From an uncultured Mycoplasmatota bacterium (GTDB lineage Bacteria > Bacillota_I > Bacilli_A > RF39 > UBA660): 64,000 bases of DNA. This document shows, in pieces, positions 36,966-47,600 of the stretch. A program made the position numbers and the translations under genes. Every line of letters starts with the position of its first letter. Position 1 is the first letter of the stretch. The stretch lies in NCBI GenBank assembly GCA_900554315.1, contig USGP01000004.1:4174-68173 (forward strand), in the 5' to 3' direction. The notes below the pieces were generated by a model. The model was given only the letters and a program-made list of their open reading frames with translations, did no database searches and had not been told where the DNA came from.

Positions 36966-39127
36966 TTTGACTCTTTATCTTCTTTTTTCTTTTGTTTTGG
37001 AAGAGCATCTTTTCTTGAGAAATTTTGTCTTCCTTTTTTATCTGGTCCAAGAGCTTTTACTATAATCGTATCTCCTACTTTTACTACGTCTTCTACTTTG
37101 TTTACTCTTTCGTGTGCTAGTTGAGAGATGTGAACTAATCCTTCGCATCCTGGCCATAGTTGGACAAAACATCCAAAGTCTTCAATCTTTACAACTTTTG
37201 CTTCGTAGATTTTACCTACTTCTACTTCTCTTACTACTTCTTCAATCATCTTTCTTGTCTTGTTGATAATTTCTCTATCACTATGATAAATGATAACTCT
37301 ACCATCATCTTCTAAATCAACTTTAACAGCATTGATATTGTTGACGTCTGTTACATTAGAGGCGTCACAAATGATTTTTGTAATCATTTCTCCACCTTTT
37401 CCTATAACGTCTTTAATTTTAGCTGGATCAATAGTAAATGTTTCCATCTTTGGTGCGTATTGAGATACGTCTGGTCTTGGCTTACTAATTTGTTTTTCCA
37501 TTACATCTAGTACTTGCATACGGGCTTTCTTAGCTTGTTCTAAGGCTTCTTGTAGGATTTGTTTGGTGATTCCTTTTATTTTGATGTCCATTTGTAAGGC
37601 ACATACACCTTTTCTTGTACCAGCTACTTTAAAGTCCATATCTCCTAGATGATCTTCCATTCCTTGAATGTCTGTTAAAATTGTGTAGTCATCTCCATGT
37701 GTAATTAATCCCATAGCAATACCAGCAACAGGAGCTTTGATTGGAACTCCTGCAGCCATTAGAGACATACAACCAGCACAAATACTTGCTTGTGATGAAG
37801 AACCGTTAGACTCTAATATTTCTGATACTACACGAATTGTATATGGGAATTCTTCTTCACTTGGTATTACTTGAAGTAAAGCTTTTTCTCCCAAAGCACC
37901 ATGTCCGATTTCTCTTCTACCTGGTGCTCCATATCTTCCAGTTTCTCCTACTGAAAATTGAGGAAAGTTGTAGTGTAACATAAAACGTTTTTGATCTTCT
38001 AGACCAAGTCCATCTAGTATTTGATGTTCTCCTAAGGCACCTAGTGTTGTTACTGAAAGGGCTTGTGTTTCTCCACGAGTAAATAAAGCTGAACCATGTG
38101 TTCTTGGTAATAAATCAATATCCGTAGATAGTGGTCTAATTTCATCCATCTGTCTACCATCTGATCTGATATGTTCTTTTACGACGATACTTCTAAATAA
38201 ATTATATTCAATATCAGATACTACCATATTGGCTTTTACTAATATTTCTTTTAATTCTTCTTCTTTTACTTTATCTTCATATTCAGATCTATATAATTCT
38301 TCTACTTCTTCTTTTATAGCATCGATTGCGGCATATTTTTCTAATTTTTCTTTGATACGAAGTGCTTTATCCATTTTGTCTGAAATTAAATCTGTAATTC
38401 TTTTTCTCATTTCTTCGTCTATTTCAAGGCGTTCATATTCCATTTTTTCTTCGCCAATTTCAGAAATAATTTCTTCTTCAAAAGCAATTAATTTCTTTAC
38501 TGCTTCATGTCCAAACATCAATGCTTCCAACATGATATCTTCTGGTACTTCTTTAGCACTAGATTCTACCATATTAATAGCATCTTTTGTTCCTGCTACA
38601 GTTAAATCTAACTCTGATTGTTCTAACTCTTCTGGTGTTGGATTAATTACAAATTCACCATTTACTCTTCCTACTTTTACTCCAGCAATTGGTCCATTAA
38701 ATGGTATCTTAGAAATAGATACGGCTAAAGAAGAACCTAACATGGCTGTTAATTCAGGGGAACAATCTTGATCTACTGATAAAACAGTAGATATAATTTG
38801 TACTTCATTTTTAAATCCTTCTGGAAATAATGGCCTCATTGGACGGTCAATCATTCTAGCTGCAAGAGTAGCATTTTCGCTTGGACGTCCTTCACGTTTG
38901 ATGAATCCTCCTGGGATTTTACCTACAGAATATAATTTTTCTTGATAATTTACTGTTAATGGAAAAAAGTCAGATAATAGGTTTACTGTTTTTGATACTA
39001 CTGCTGCTGTTAAAACAACAGTGTCATTATAACGTACTAAAACAGCTCCATCGGCTTGCTTAGCAAGTTCTCCATGTTCTACTATAATCTTTCTTCCATA
39101 AAAATCTAATTCAAATGTCTTTTTCAT
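36962..39127 (-). CDS. pnp: Polyribonucleotide nucleotidyltransferase (PNPase)
   Basis: Two RNase PH domains, KH and S1 domains ([20 protein letters not shown]). Start trimmed to MKKTFEL, which has a GGAGGA Shine-Dalgarno. Confidence 0.95.
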   Translation of the reverse strand: MKKTFELDFYGRKIIVEHGELAKQADGAVLVRYNDTVVLTAAVVSKTVNLLSDFFPLTVNYQEKLYSVGKIPGGFIKREGRPSENATLAARMIDRPMRPLFPEGFKNEVQIISTVLSVDQDCSPELTAMLGSSLAVSISKIPFNGPIAGVKVGRVNGEFVINPTPEELEQSELDLTVAGTKDAINMVESSAKEVPEDIMLEALMFGHEAVKKLIAFEEEIISEIGEEKMEYERLEIDEEMRKRITDLISDKMDKALRIKEKLEKYAAIDAIKEEVEELYRSEYEDKVKEEELKEILVKANMVVSDIEYNLFRSIVVKEHIRSDGRQMDEIRPLSTDIDLLPRTHGSALFTRGETQALSVTTLGALGEHQILDGLGLEDQKRFMLHYNFPQFSVGETGRYGAPGRREIGHGALGEKALLQVIPSEEEFPYTIRVVSEILESNGSSSQASICAGCMSLMAAGVPIKAPVAGIAMGLITHGDDYTILTDIQGMEDHLGDMDFKVAGTRKGVCALQMDIKIKGITKQILQEALEQAKKARMQVLDVMEKQISKPRPDVSQYAPKMETFTIDPAKIKDVIGKGGEMITKIICDASNVTDVNNINAVKVDLEDDGRVIIYHSDREIINKTRKMIEEVVREVEVGKIYEAKVVKIEDFGCFVQLWPGCEGLVHISQLAHERVNKVEDVVKVGDTIIVKALGPDKKGRQNFSRKDALPKQKKKEDKESN

Positions 39128-39186
39128 ACTTCCTCCATACATGTTCCATTACTAGAATATCAAAAAATTAAAGAAATTTCTACATT

Positions 39187-39621
39187 TTATTGGATTTCTT
39201 TCCTTTTTGCTGGTGAAGATATTCTATTAAAAAACTCCTTTATTTGTTGTTCTGATATGCTTATTGCTGGTATTCGTTGATGGTTAGAAAAGTCCATCCC
39301 TTCTATTAATGTCATCTCACTCATTCTGTCATAACTTGGTATTTGGTATCTTAGTAATGCTTTATCATTATATCGTATTATTTCATTTTCTTTACTATAA
39401 AATATTTTTTCATCTGTTGTCTCTCCATCAGATATCCCTATTACTTGACATAAAAAAGCATAATCTCTTCTTACATTTATACCATTTATTTTTTCTATCC
39501 AAGATATTTGTAAATACTCTTTTCCTTGTTCATCTTTTATTCTAGATATTAGTGTATTATCATTGGCTAAAAATGTTGATAGTATCTGAGAAGCCAATTC
39601 TTCTCTCATAGTATTTTTCAT
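39187..39621 (-). CDS. Hypothetical protein (144 aa) inserted between rpsO and pnp
   Basis: AAGGAG Shine-Dalgarno; no motif recognised. Confidence 0.65.
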   Translation of the reverse strand: MKNTMREELASQILSTFLANDNTLISRIKDEQGKEYLQISWIEKINGINVRRDYAFLCQVIGISDGETTDEKIFYSKENEIIRYNDKALLRYQIPSYDRMSEMTLIEGMDFSNHQRIPAISISEQQIKEFFNRISSPAKRKEIQ

Positions 39622-39631
39622 AAATCTCCTT

Positions 39632-39655
39632 AAAAAAAACAGTGCCTAAGCACTA
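39632..39655 (-). terminator. Terminator after rpsO
   Basis: AGTGC-ttag-GCACT hairpin followed by a T8 run on the minus strand. Confidence 0.65.
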
Positions 39656-39922
39656 TTTTCTTAATCCTAATTTTTTGATTACTTCACGATAACTTTGGAT
39701 ATCTTTCTTTGCTAAGTATCCTAACATATTACGACGTTGTCCAACTTTCTTTAAAAGTCCTCTACGTGAATGATAATCGTGAATATGTGTTTTTAAATGT
39801 TCTGTTAAATCGTTGATTTCTTTTGTAAGAATTGCGATTTGTACTTCTGCAGAACCAGTATCTTTTTCGTTCTTTGCAAAATCTTTAATGATCTTTGCTT
39901 TTTCTTCTTTTGTTAAAGCCAT
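39653..39922 (-). CDS. rpsO: 30S ribosomal protein S15
   Basis: [12 protein letters not shown]...[13 protein letters not shown]...[17 protein letters not shown]; 89 aa from the second ATG. Confidence 0.95.
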   Translation of the reverse strand: MALTKEEKAKIIKDFAKNEKDTGSAEVQIAILTKEINDLTEHLKTHIHDYHSRRGLLKKVGQRRNMLGYLAKKDIQSYREVIKKLGLRK

Positions 39923-40004
39923 CATTACACTTCCTTTCTTATAGATTCACCAAAACTAAGTAAAAAGTCGGAAATTCTTTAGACTGAGTATTGGCAGCAC
40001 ATAT

Positions 40005-40033
40005 AATATACTATACTTTTTCATTTTTGGCAA
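40005..40033 (-). promoter_or_regulatory. Sigma-A-type promoter for rpsO, followed by a ~75-nt leader
   Basis: TTGCCA (40028-33) - 17 nt - TATATT (40005-10) on the minus strand. Confidence 0.55.
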
Positions 40034-40036
40034 GTA

Positions 40037-40990
40037 TTATCCAAATATTAAATAGGCATAATAGGCAATAAATATTGTTAACATTAAAATTCCTTCTTTT
40101 TTGGATACCTTTTTTTCACTTCTGGCAAAAAGATATAATAACAATGATGTTAAAAATACTGTGATGATATCGATTAGATTAAAGTTTTCTAATACTAAGT
40201 CTCCATACAATACAATGGGTAGTCCTAACACAATACAGATATTAAAAATATTAGTACCTATAATATTTCCTATGGCCATATCAAATTCTTTTTTTCTAGC
40301 GCTTGTTACTGTCATTACCATTTCTGGAAGAGATGTTCCTATTACAATTAAAACCATGGTAATTAGTTTTTCACTGATATTTAATTTTTCTGCTAAAATC
40401 GTTGCATTATTTACGATGACATCACTACTTAATGTAATACAGATTAAAGATGTGATTAGTAGAAAGATGATTAAAAAGATATTCTTGTATACTGGTTCTA
40501 CTTTTTCTTTTTCTTCATCTTTCTTTTTTAATAATTGTACAATGTAGGAAACAAACATACAGAAAAGTAAAATTAAGATAATTCCATCTGCTCTAGAAAA
40601 AGTATTGGGCGTTAATGGATTAAAAACACTGTCCAACATTAAGACTACAAAGCCTGTTGTTATAATTAGTAGAATTGGTAATTCTTTTTTTATGGTAGCA
40701 TGTTTTACTCTAATCGGTCGAACGAGTGCCGCTAGTCCAATTATCAAAAAAGTATTTACAATACAACTTCCTACGACATTGGCAAAAGCTATCGTTCCGT
40801 TTCCATCTGCTACACTTTGAAAAGAAATCGCTACTTCCGGTGCACACGTTCCAAAGGCTACAATAGTTAAAGCTATTAACATTTTAGGAACATGACAGCG
40901 AAGAGCAAGTGAAGAAGCACAGTCTACTAAAATATCACTGGATTTTATAATGATAACAAAACCTAAAAATAAAAATATCACTTCTAACAT
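40037..40990 (-). CDS. CaCA-family sodium/calcium exchanger (YrbG-like)
   Basis: About 10 TM with two alpha-repeats: GTCAPEVAIS and GTSLPE...GNIIGTNIFNI. Confidence 0.85.
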   Translation of the reverse strand: MLEVIFLFLGFVIIIKSSDILVDCASSLALRCHVPKMLIALTIVAFGTCAPEVAISFQSVADGNGTIAFANVVGSCIVNTFLIIGLAALVRPIRVKHATIKKELPILLIITTGFVVLMLDSVFNPLTPNTFSRADGIILILLFCMFVSYIVQLLKKKDEEKEKVEPVYKNIFLIIFLLITSLICITLSSDVIVNNATILAEKLNISEKLITMVLIVIGTSLPEMVMTVTSARKKEFDMAIGNIIGTNIFNICIVLGLPIVLYGDLVLENFNLIDIITVFLTSLLLYLFARSEKKVSKKEGILMLTIFIAYYAYLIFG

Positions 40991-41067
40991 GCTAACCCCT
41001 ACTTTCCATTTTATTATACTATAGACGCTTCTTACTTTTCTAGGGTATATTATTACTTTACAGTAAA

Positions 41068-41092
41068 GAAAAAAAGAACTTTTAAAAGTTCT
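41068..41092 (-). terminator. Terminator after the truB fusion gene
   Basis: AGAACTTTT/AAAAGTTCT palindrome followed by a T7 run on the minus strand. Confidence 0.65.
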
Positions 41093-42479
41093 TCCATACT
41101 TTTAGCATGTCCTTTTCTACTTTATAAATACCTAAAATTTGATTTTTTTGATTTTTAAAAATTACTTTTGTTGATACTTGGTAGTTATTCGGTAATTTTC
41201 TACCATTTTTAATTTTTCTTTCTGTCTCTTCATCTACGATGATTGTTGGATAATCTAGTACTTCATCAATACTGTGTAGTTTGGCTGTTCCTTGCTCTAT
41301 TTGTTTTAACGTATTCGTATCTTTAATATCTATTTTTCCTTGCTTGGTTCTTGTTAGTGTTGTCATTGTGGCATAAGTATCTAAGCTTCTTCCAATATCT
41401 CTAATTAAACTTCTGATATAGCAGCCCTTGGTTACTAATGCTTTTATCATAAATGTATCATTGTCACTTGATAACAATTTTATTTTTTTGATGGTTACTT
41501 CTTTTTTCGGTAGTTCCACTTCTTGATTTTTTCTTGCATATTCATAAAGCTTTTTTCCATTTACTTTGATAGCTGAATACTTTGGTACTTCTTGTTGATA
41601 GGTCTTTTGGTAACTATTTACTACTTGTTCTAAATCTTTAGATAAGTCGATAGGTTTGTTTTTTACTACTGTACCTGTAATATCTAAGGTATCTGTTTCT
41701 ATCCCCAATAAGACTCCAGCTATATACTCCTTATCTTCTGCTGTTAGTAGTTCAGAAATTTTTGTTGCTTGTCCTAGTGTAACAATTAAAACTCCTTCCG
41801 CTAATGGATCTAGGGTACCTGTATGGCCTACTTTTTTTATGCCAAAAATATTACTTATTTTATTTACTACATCAAAAGATGTCATGCCAGCTTCTTTATT
41901 AACATATAAAACGGCCCCAAACTTTGTTAAATACTCTTCTAGAGTCCAATGATTTTTCATGATAATTTCAGCTGGAATTTTTCCTACATAACGAAAATGC
42001 CATGGTTCATACTGATATCCTGTAATTTCTTCTTTTCCTTTTGGATATCTCAAAATAAAGCCGAATTTAGCTAAATATAAATGTATTTTTTGATAAAGTT
42101 GTTCTCTTTTTACAGTATCTTTTTCATCTTCTTCATAAGAATCATTTATCTTTATGGCTATATCAAAGGCTAATCCGGTATGATGTTCACTAGTTCCTGG
42201 AAGTGCTACACGATAGCTTACATCAACTTGTCCTAATTTTTTTTGAAATCTTTCATATAATTCTTGTTGATACTCTATACTTCGGTAACCACCATCTAAA
42301 CCAATTTCAATTCCTTTTTTCTTTAAAAATAATTTTAATTTTTTATACGAGTCTAGGGTTTGTTCTTCTAGATAGTCTTCTTCTCCATTATAGTCTTTTA
42401 CTGGTAATAGATTTATATATTTATGAAATGATGGTTTTATTTTATTTTGTTTATTGATTAAAACTGTATATTTATTCAT
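41082..42479 (-). CDS. truB: Fusion protein: N-terminal VanY-like M15B D-Ala-D-Ala carboxypeptidase domain plus C-terminal tRNA pseudouridine55 synthase TruB
   Basis: Residues ~1-185 carry LPGTSEHHTGLAFDI and YEPWHFRYVG (VanY motifs) with no signal peptide. Residues ~188-465 carry VNKEAGMTSFDVV and GHTGTLDPLAEGVL (TruB). Single frame, with no ATG/GTG/TTG at the junction. Confidence 0.85.
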   Translation of the reverse strand: MNKYTVLINKQNKIKPSFHKYINLLPVKDYNGEEDYLEEQTLDSYKKLKLFLKKKGIEIGLDGGYRSIEYQQELYERFQKKLGQVDVSYRVALPGTSEHHTGLAFDIAIKINDSYEEDEKDTVKREQLYQKIHLYLAKFGFILRYPKGKEEITGYQYEPWHFRYVGKIPAEIIMKNHWTLEEYLTKFGAVLYVNKEAGMTSFDVVNKISNIFGIKKVGHTGTLDPLAEGVLIVTLGQATKISELLTAEDKEYIAGVLLGIETDTLDITGTVVKNKPIDLSKDLEQVVNSYQKTYQQEVPKYSAIKVNGKKLYEYARKNQEVELPKKEVTIKKIKLLSSDNDTFMIKALVTKGCYIRSLIRDIGRSLDTYATMTTLTRTKQGKIDIKDTNTLKQIEQGTAKLHSIDEVLDYPTIIVDEETERKIKNGRKLPNNYQVSTKVIFKNQKNQILGIYKVEKDMLKVWKNF

Positions 42480-42528
42480 ATTATCCCTCGGTCTTATTAT
42501 ACAAAAAATAAAAAGGTATTTCTACCTT

Positions 42529-43725
42529 TTATTTTGTTTTTGAATATTGATATGGCTCAAATGTTGGTACTGCCAAAGTATCAGATATTACAGCATATTC
42601 ATTTCCAGTATCAATAATACTTTCTTCATTTAGTTTTATTAATGATTCTTTATCTGTGTTGTAGCTAGCAGCATATTCGTCTAAGTTTTCTCCATTATAA
42701 ATAGCTGATTCTGTATATGAAGAAATTTCATCTTCTGGAATATGATATGGAATCTCAATATCTGTATCAAATCTTAATATTCCATCATAGATTACATCTT
42801 GATTATAATTTTTTATATCAGCTTGTGTACAGTTTGCATCCTCTGCTAATTCTGATAAAGTATCGCCTGCTTTAACAGTGTAATGTCTTATTACTATCAT
42901 TTCTGGTTCTTCTTCAGTTGTGTTTGCTGTACTAATTTCTGTTGTCTGTGGTTGTTCTGCTTGTGAAGAAGACATTCCTGGTACGACATTAGTCATACAT
43001 AAAAAGGCTGCTAAAGTTGCTGCTACTACTTTTCCTCTATTACGAGCAATAAATGTATAACCGTTATCTCCTCTTTGTGGAATGATTCTTCCAACAAAAG
43101 AGACAAATTCTGGAAAGACAACTAATTTTCCTATATTAGGAATATTTACTCTGGTTGCGGATAAATCCTTTTTGTATTGACGAACACGTTCTATAAAGTT
43201 TGGATATCTTCTTCTATCTTGACGATATGCTGCTCCAAATTTGCTGGCAATATCTGATGCTTTATCTTTGATACCATATAAAATATCTTCTATTATTTCA
43301 GCAACTCTATCACTATAAGAGTCTTCATATTCTTCATCATCATAACCATATTCTTCATACTCATCATCATAGCCATATGTTTGTTGTTGATATCTATTTT
43401 GATTTTGATTGTAGTATTGTTCTTGTCTTCCTGTCTGACTTCTTTCATAATATCCTTGTTCTTTTCTTCTTTGTTCTTCTTTATGTGCTCTATATTTTTG
43501 ATCGTATTTTTCTCTTTTTTCCGGATTTGTCAATATGTCCTTTGCATCATTTAACTGAGCTAATATATTTTCATGGAAAGCACGTTCTTCTGGTGTCCAT
43601 TCTGCGTGGACATCTGGATGATTTTCTTTAGCCACTTTACGATAAGCTTTTTTTATTTCTTCAAATGTTGCGTTTTCTGATACGCCTAACAAACTATAAT
43701 AATCTATAAATTCTTCTTTTGTCAT
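42529..43725 (-). CDS. J-domain / TM / LysM membrane protein
   Basis: N-terminal DYYSLLGV...HPD J-domain, Q/Y/E-rich linker, TM VVAATLAAFLCMTNVVPGM, external YTVKAGDTLSELA LysM and a second LysM-like segment. Confidence 0.8.
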   Translation of the reverse strand: MTKEEFIDYYSLLGVSENATFEEIKKAYRKVAKENHPDVHAEWTPEERAFHENILAQLNDAKDILTNPEKREKYDQKYRAHKEEQRRKEQGYYERSQTGRQEQYYNQNQNRYQQQTYGYDDEYEEYGYDDEEYEDSYSDRVAEIIEDILYGIKDKASDIASKFGAAYRQDRRRYPNFIERVRQYKKDLSATRVNIPNIGKLVVFPEFVSFVGRIIPQRGDNGYTFIARNRGKVVAATLAAFLCMTNVVPGMSSSQAEQPQTTEISTANTTEEEPEMIVIRHYTVKAGDTLSELAEDANCTQADIKNYNQDVIYDGILRFDTDIEIPYHIPEDEISSYTESAIYNGENLDEYAASYNTDKESLIKLNEESIIDTGNEYAVISDTLAVPTFEPYQYSKTK

Positions 43726-43747
43726 ATAAACTCCCCCTAAATTCTTT

Positions 43748-44524
43748 TTATTTGGTTAATTGTTTGCTTCCCATTTGCATTTGTTCAAATTGACTTTTTG
43801 TAATCTCTGGAATAATACGATATTCTTCGGCAACCATATAAATTCCATCCGTTAATATATCTGGGTCTTTGCTCACTAATTGGTGAAGTGATGTTGCAGT
43901 AAAGTCTTGTCCAATATATGGAGTGACATCTTTACCAAAAATATCTTGATAGTTTCCTGCTTTTACACTTTCTTTATTATATCCTGATACGAGCATATGA
44001 GTATCACCAAATGATACCACTGTTAAATCCTCTAATGGATAGTACTCTGTTTCTTCATCTGCAGTTGGTTCATCGGATTGATGAATCGCAATATATTGTC
44101 TTTGTTCTTCTTGAGCTTTTGCTAAATATTTATCTTGTTTTCCTAAATCATAACCAGAACTAAATAGAGTACTTTGGGCATAGTCTGGATTTTTTTGTTT
44201 AGCCTCGCTTTTAGATTCATATCTTGTAGCAGCTTCATAACCGTATGCAAAATAACTGGCAACATATAAGCTATTATCCTCTTCTTCTGTAGTTGCGATG
44301 ATAGATTGATCAATATTTGTTAATTCCTCTTCTGTTATTTTGTCCCACTCTAATTGTCTTTCTCCATCGTTATATATTGTCATATAGATGGCATCATAAT
44401 TCGTCTCTTCTGGTTCTACATCATTACTTTTAGCACAACCTCCCATTAATGTTATTGCTAACGTAAGTGCTACAGTTGATGCAAGTTTTTCCATATTTTT
44501 GAAAAAACGGATATTTTTTACCAT
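43748..44524 (-). CDS. Putative lipoprotein (258 aa)
   Basis: Start trimmed to ATG 44522-24, which has an AAGGGGGA Shine-Dalgarno; lipobox LMGGC. Confidence 0.7.
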   Translation of the reverse strand: MVKNIRFFKNMEKLASTVALTLAITLMGGCAKSNDVEPEETNYDAIYMTIYNDGERQLEWDKITEEELTNIDQSIIATTEEEDNSLYVASYFAYGYEAATRYESKSEAKQKNPDYAQSTLFSSGYDLGKQDKYLAKAQEEQRQYIAIHQSDEPTADEETEYYPLEDLTVVSFGDTHMLVSGYNKESVKAGNYQDIFGKDVTPYIGQDFTATSLHQLVSKDPDILTDGIYMVAEEYRIIPEITKSQFEQMQMGSKQLTK

Positions 44525-44613
44525 ATTAGTTTCCCCCTTAAAAGCAGACATATTATATCATGTTTACTTTATTTTGTCAACTTACGCAAGAAAAAAGAAG
44601 GCTTGTGCTTCTT

Positions 44614-47600
44614 TTAAAATAAAGATAATTGATTAGAGTCTGGTAAATCTTTTAATATTCCCATACTTTCCATTTTATCAATTAATGTCTTAGAAACTTT
44701 TCCACGTTTTTGTACATCTTCAATGCTAATAAAAGGTTGCTTTTCACGTTCTGCTACAATTGCTTTCGCAACAGTATCACCTAATCCTTCAATAGCATTG
44801 AATGGTGGATAAATTTCTGTATCGTTTTTTGCTACCCAGACTGTTGCATCACTCTTATATAAATCTACATTTAAAAACTTAATTCCTCTAGCTGTTGCTT
44901 CTAGTGCAACCTTTAGACTTTCAGCTTGACCATTTTCTTTATTGGTTGCTTCATATCCTTTTACTTGAATATCTTCTAGTCTTGCTTTAATGGCATTGTA
45001 ACCTTTAGTCATGGCATCTAGGTCTACATCTGTTGCTTTTGATGAATACCATGATGAATAGAAATATACTGGCATATGAACTTTATACCAAGCAATTCTA
45101 AATGCACTAATAACATAAGCTGCGGCATGGGCTTTTGGGAACATGTATTTTATTTTTTCACAAGAATTAATAAACCAATCTGGAATTTTAGCATCTTCCA
45201 TGGTCTTTTTATGTTGTTTCCAAGTTTCTGGATCTTTTGATGCTTTTCCTTTACGAACAAACTCCATAATTTTGAAAGCTTTAATTGGTTCTAGTCCATA
45301 ATACATTAGGTTAACCATGATATCATCACGACAGCCAATAACATCTTTGAATGGAACTACGTTATTGGCAATTAATTCTTGCGCATTTCCTAACCAAACG
45401 TCGGTACCATGAGAAAGTCCTGATATTTTTATTAGTTCGGCAAAAGTTTTGGGCTTGGTATCTTCTACCAATTTAATAGTAAATGGTGTACCAAATTCTG
45501 GTATTCCTAATGTTCCAGTATTACACATAATTTGTTCTTTGGTAACGCCTAATGCTTCTGTTGATGTGAAGATACTCATCGTTTTTTTATCATCTAGTGG
45601 AACTTTCATAATATCTGTTCCTGACTGCAATTGAATTAATCGTAGTTGAGTCGGATCAGAGTGTCCTAAGATATCTAGCTTCAATACATCTTGGTCAATA
45701 GCATGGTAATCAAAGTGTGTGGTTCGCCATTCGGCATTTACATCATCAGCTGGATATTGATATGGAGTGAAGTCATATACATCCATATAATCTGGTATAA
45801 CAACAATACCACCAGGATGTTGTCCAGTTGTTCTTTTTACTCCTGTACATCCCATAGCAAGTCGTTCTACTTCTGCTGTTCTCATATCTTCTAAGCCTTT
45901 TTCTTCACAGTATCCTTTTACATATCCAAAAGCTGTTTTTTCTGCTACAGTACCAATCGTTCCTGCTCGGAATACATTGTTTTCTCCAAATAATACTTTT
46001 GTATAAGCATGAGCACTTGCTTGGTTCAAATCCGAGAAGTTTAAGTCGATATCAGGAACCTTATCTGCATTAAATCCTAAGAATGTTGCAAATGGCATAT
46101 CTTGACCATCTTTAATCATTGGAATATGACAGTTTGGACATTCTTTGTCTGGTAAATCGAATCCTGATGAATAAGTAGCTCCTAATGGATTTCCTTCATC
46201 ATCTTCAAAAATACTTAATTTACATTTACTACAACGATAATGTGCAGCTAATGGATTTACTTCAGTAATTCCCATTAAGGTAGCAACAAAGCTGGAACCA
46301 ACGGAACCACGGGATCCAACTAAGTATCCCTCATCATTGGAATGCTTTACTAGACGTTGGGCAATTAAGTAGATAGGATCAAATCCTCCACCGATAACTC
46401 CACCTAATGATTTGTCTAATTTTTTCTCTAGTTCTTCTTCCGATAACTCTTCTTCTGATTCATCTTTAATATGTTGCCTAACTAGAGCTTTTACATTGTC
46501 TACTCCTTTTATAATTTCATCATGTAAACGTTTATGTACTTCTTTTTCAAATTCATCTTCCGATAAGTTTTCTTTTTCTAATTGTTCTTTTACTGTTTTA
46601 AAAACGATATCACCATATAATTCAGTTGAAATACGCTCTTCAATAGAATATGGTAGAGGGTCTCCATACCACTCTTTCGCTTTATCATATACTAAATCTG
46701 TTACTACTCTTGGACAGTCTAGATAACTTTTACCATCATCACTTTTTACACGTGGAGAAAATGGAATTCCACCTGTATCAATGATTACTTCTACGATTTC
46801 TACCATATCTGCAATTTTATTGGTGTTATCTATTACAATTTTCGCAGCAGTTTCTTCTCCTAAAAATTTAAAGTCATCTAACATTTCTTCTGTCGTTCTA
46901 AAATGATTAGATGGAATCTCTGTTATATTGTTTCTAGCTAATGGATGGCGTCCTCCACCTGGTACTTTTTGATTGACAATAATTTCACGGTAGATTTTAT
47001 CATCTCTTGTTAAATGGTGTACATCTCCAGTAGCAACAATGATTTTTCCGGCTTCTTCTGTTACTCTAACAATTTTTTCAATATGCGCAGCTAGTTCTAC
47101 TTCTGTTCCAAATTCTCCTGTTTGAACTAAGTGATTATAACATTCTAATGGTTGTACTTCTACATAATCATAAAATCTAATAATGTTAGATAACTCATCC
47201 TCACTTTTTGATTTTGCTAATGTAAATACTTCACTTTCATAGCAACCACTTCCTACTAGTAATCCTTCACGGTGTTTTTCAATTTCACTACGTAGTATTC
47301 TTGGGGTTTTATATAAGTAAGTGGTATTCGCTAAGGAAATAATTTTAAATAAATTTTTCAAACCAGTTTTATTTTTTACTAATAAATTCACATGATAAGC
47401 ACGACCATATTTATGAATTTCATCTTTACTAACTAAAGTATCTAATTGATCCATAGTTTCAATATTACGATTAGATAATTTCTTTAGCATTTTATGAAAT
47501 ACAAGAGCAGTTCCTTCCGCATCATAGTCACCTCTATGATGTGCACTTTCATCCCATGGTACTTCATATCTTTTTACTAAAGCAGATAATGAATGTCTAG

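Noticed and set aside
38229-38771. 180-aa plus-strand ORF
   Set aside because: It lies entirely antisense within pnp, whose identity is unambiguous. It is Ser/Ile-rich low complexity, typical of shadow ORFs in AT-rich DNA.
40101-40820. Plus-strand ORFs of 148 and 71 aa
   Set aside because: Antisense to the CaCA exchanger gene, with no ribosome-binding sites.
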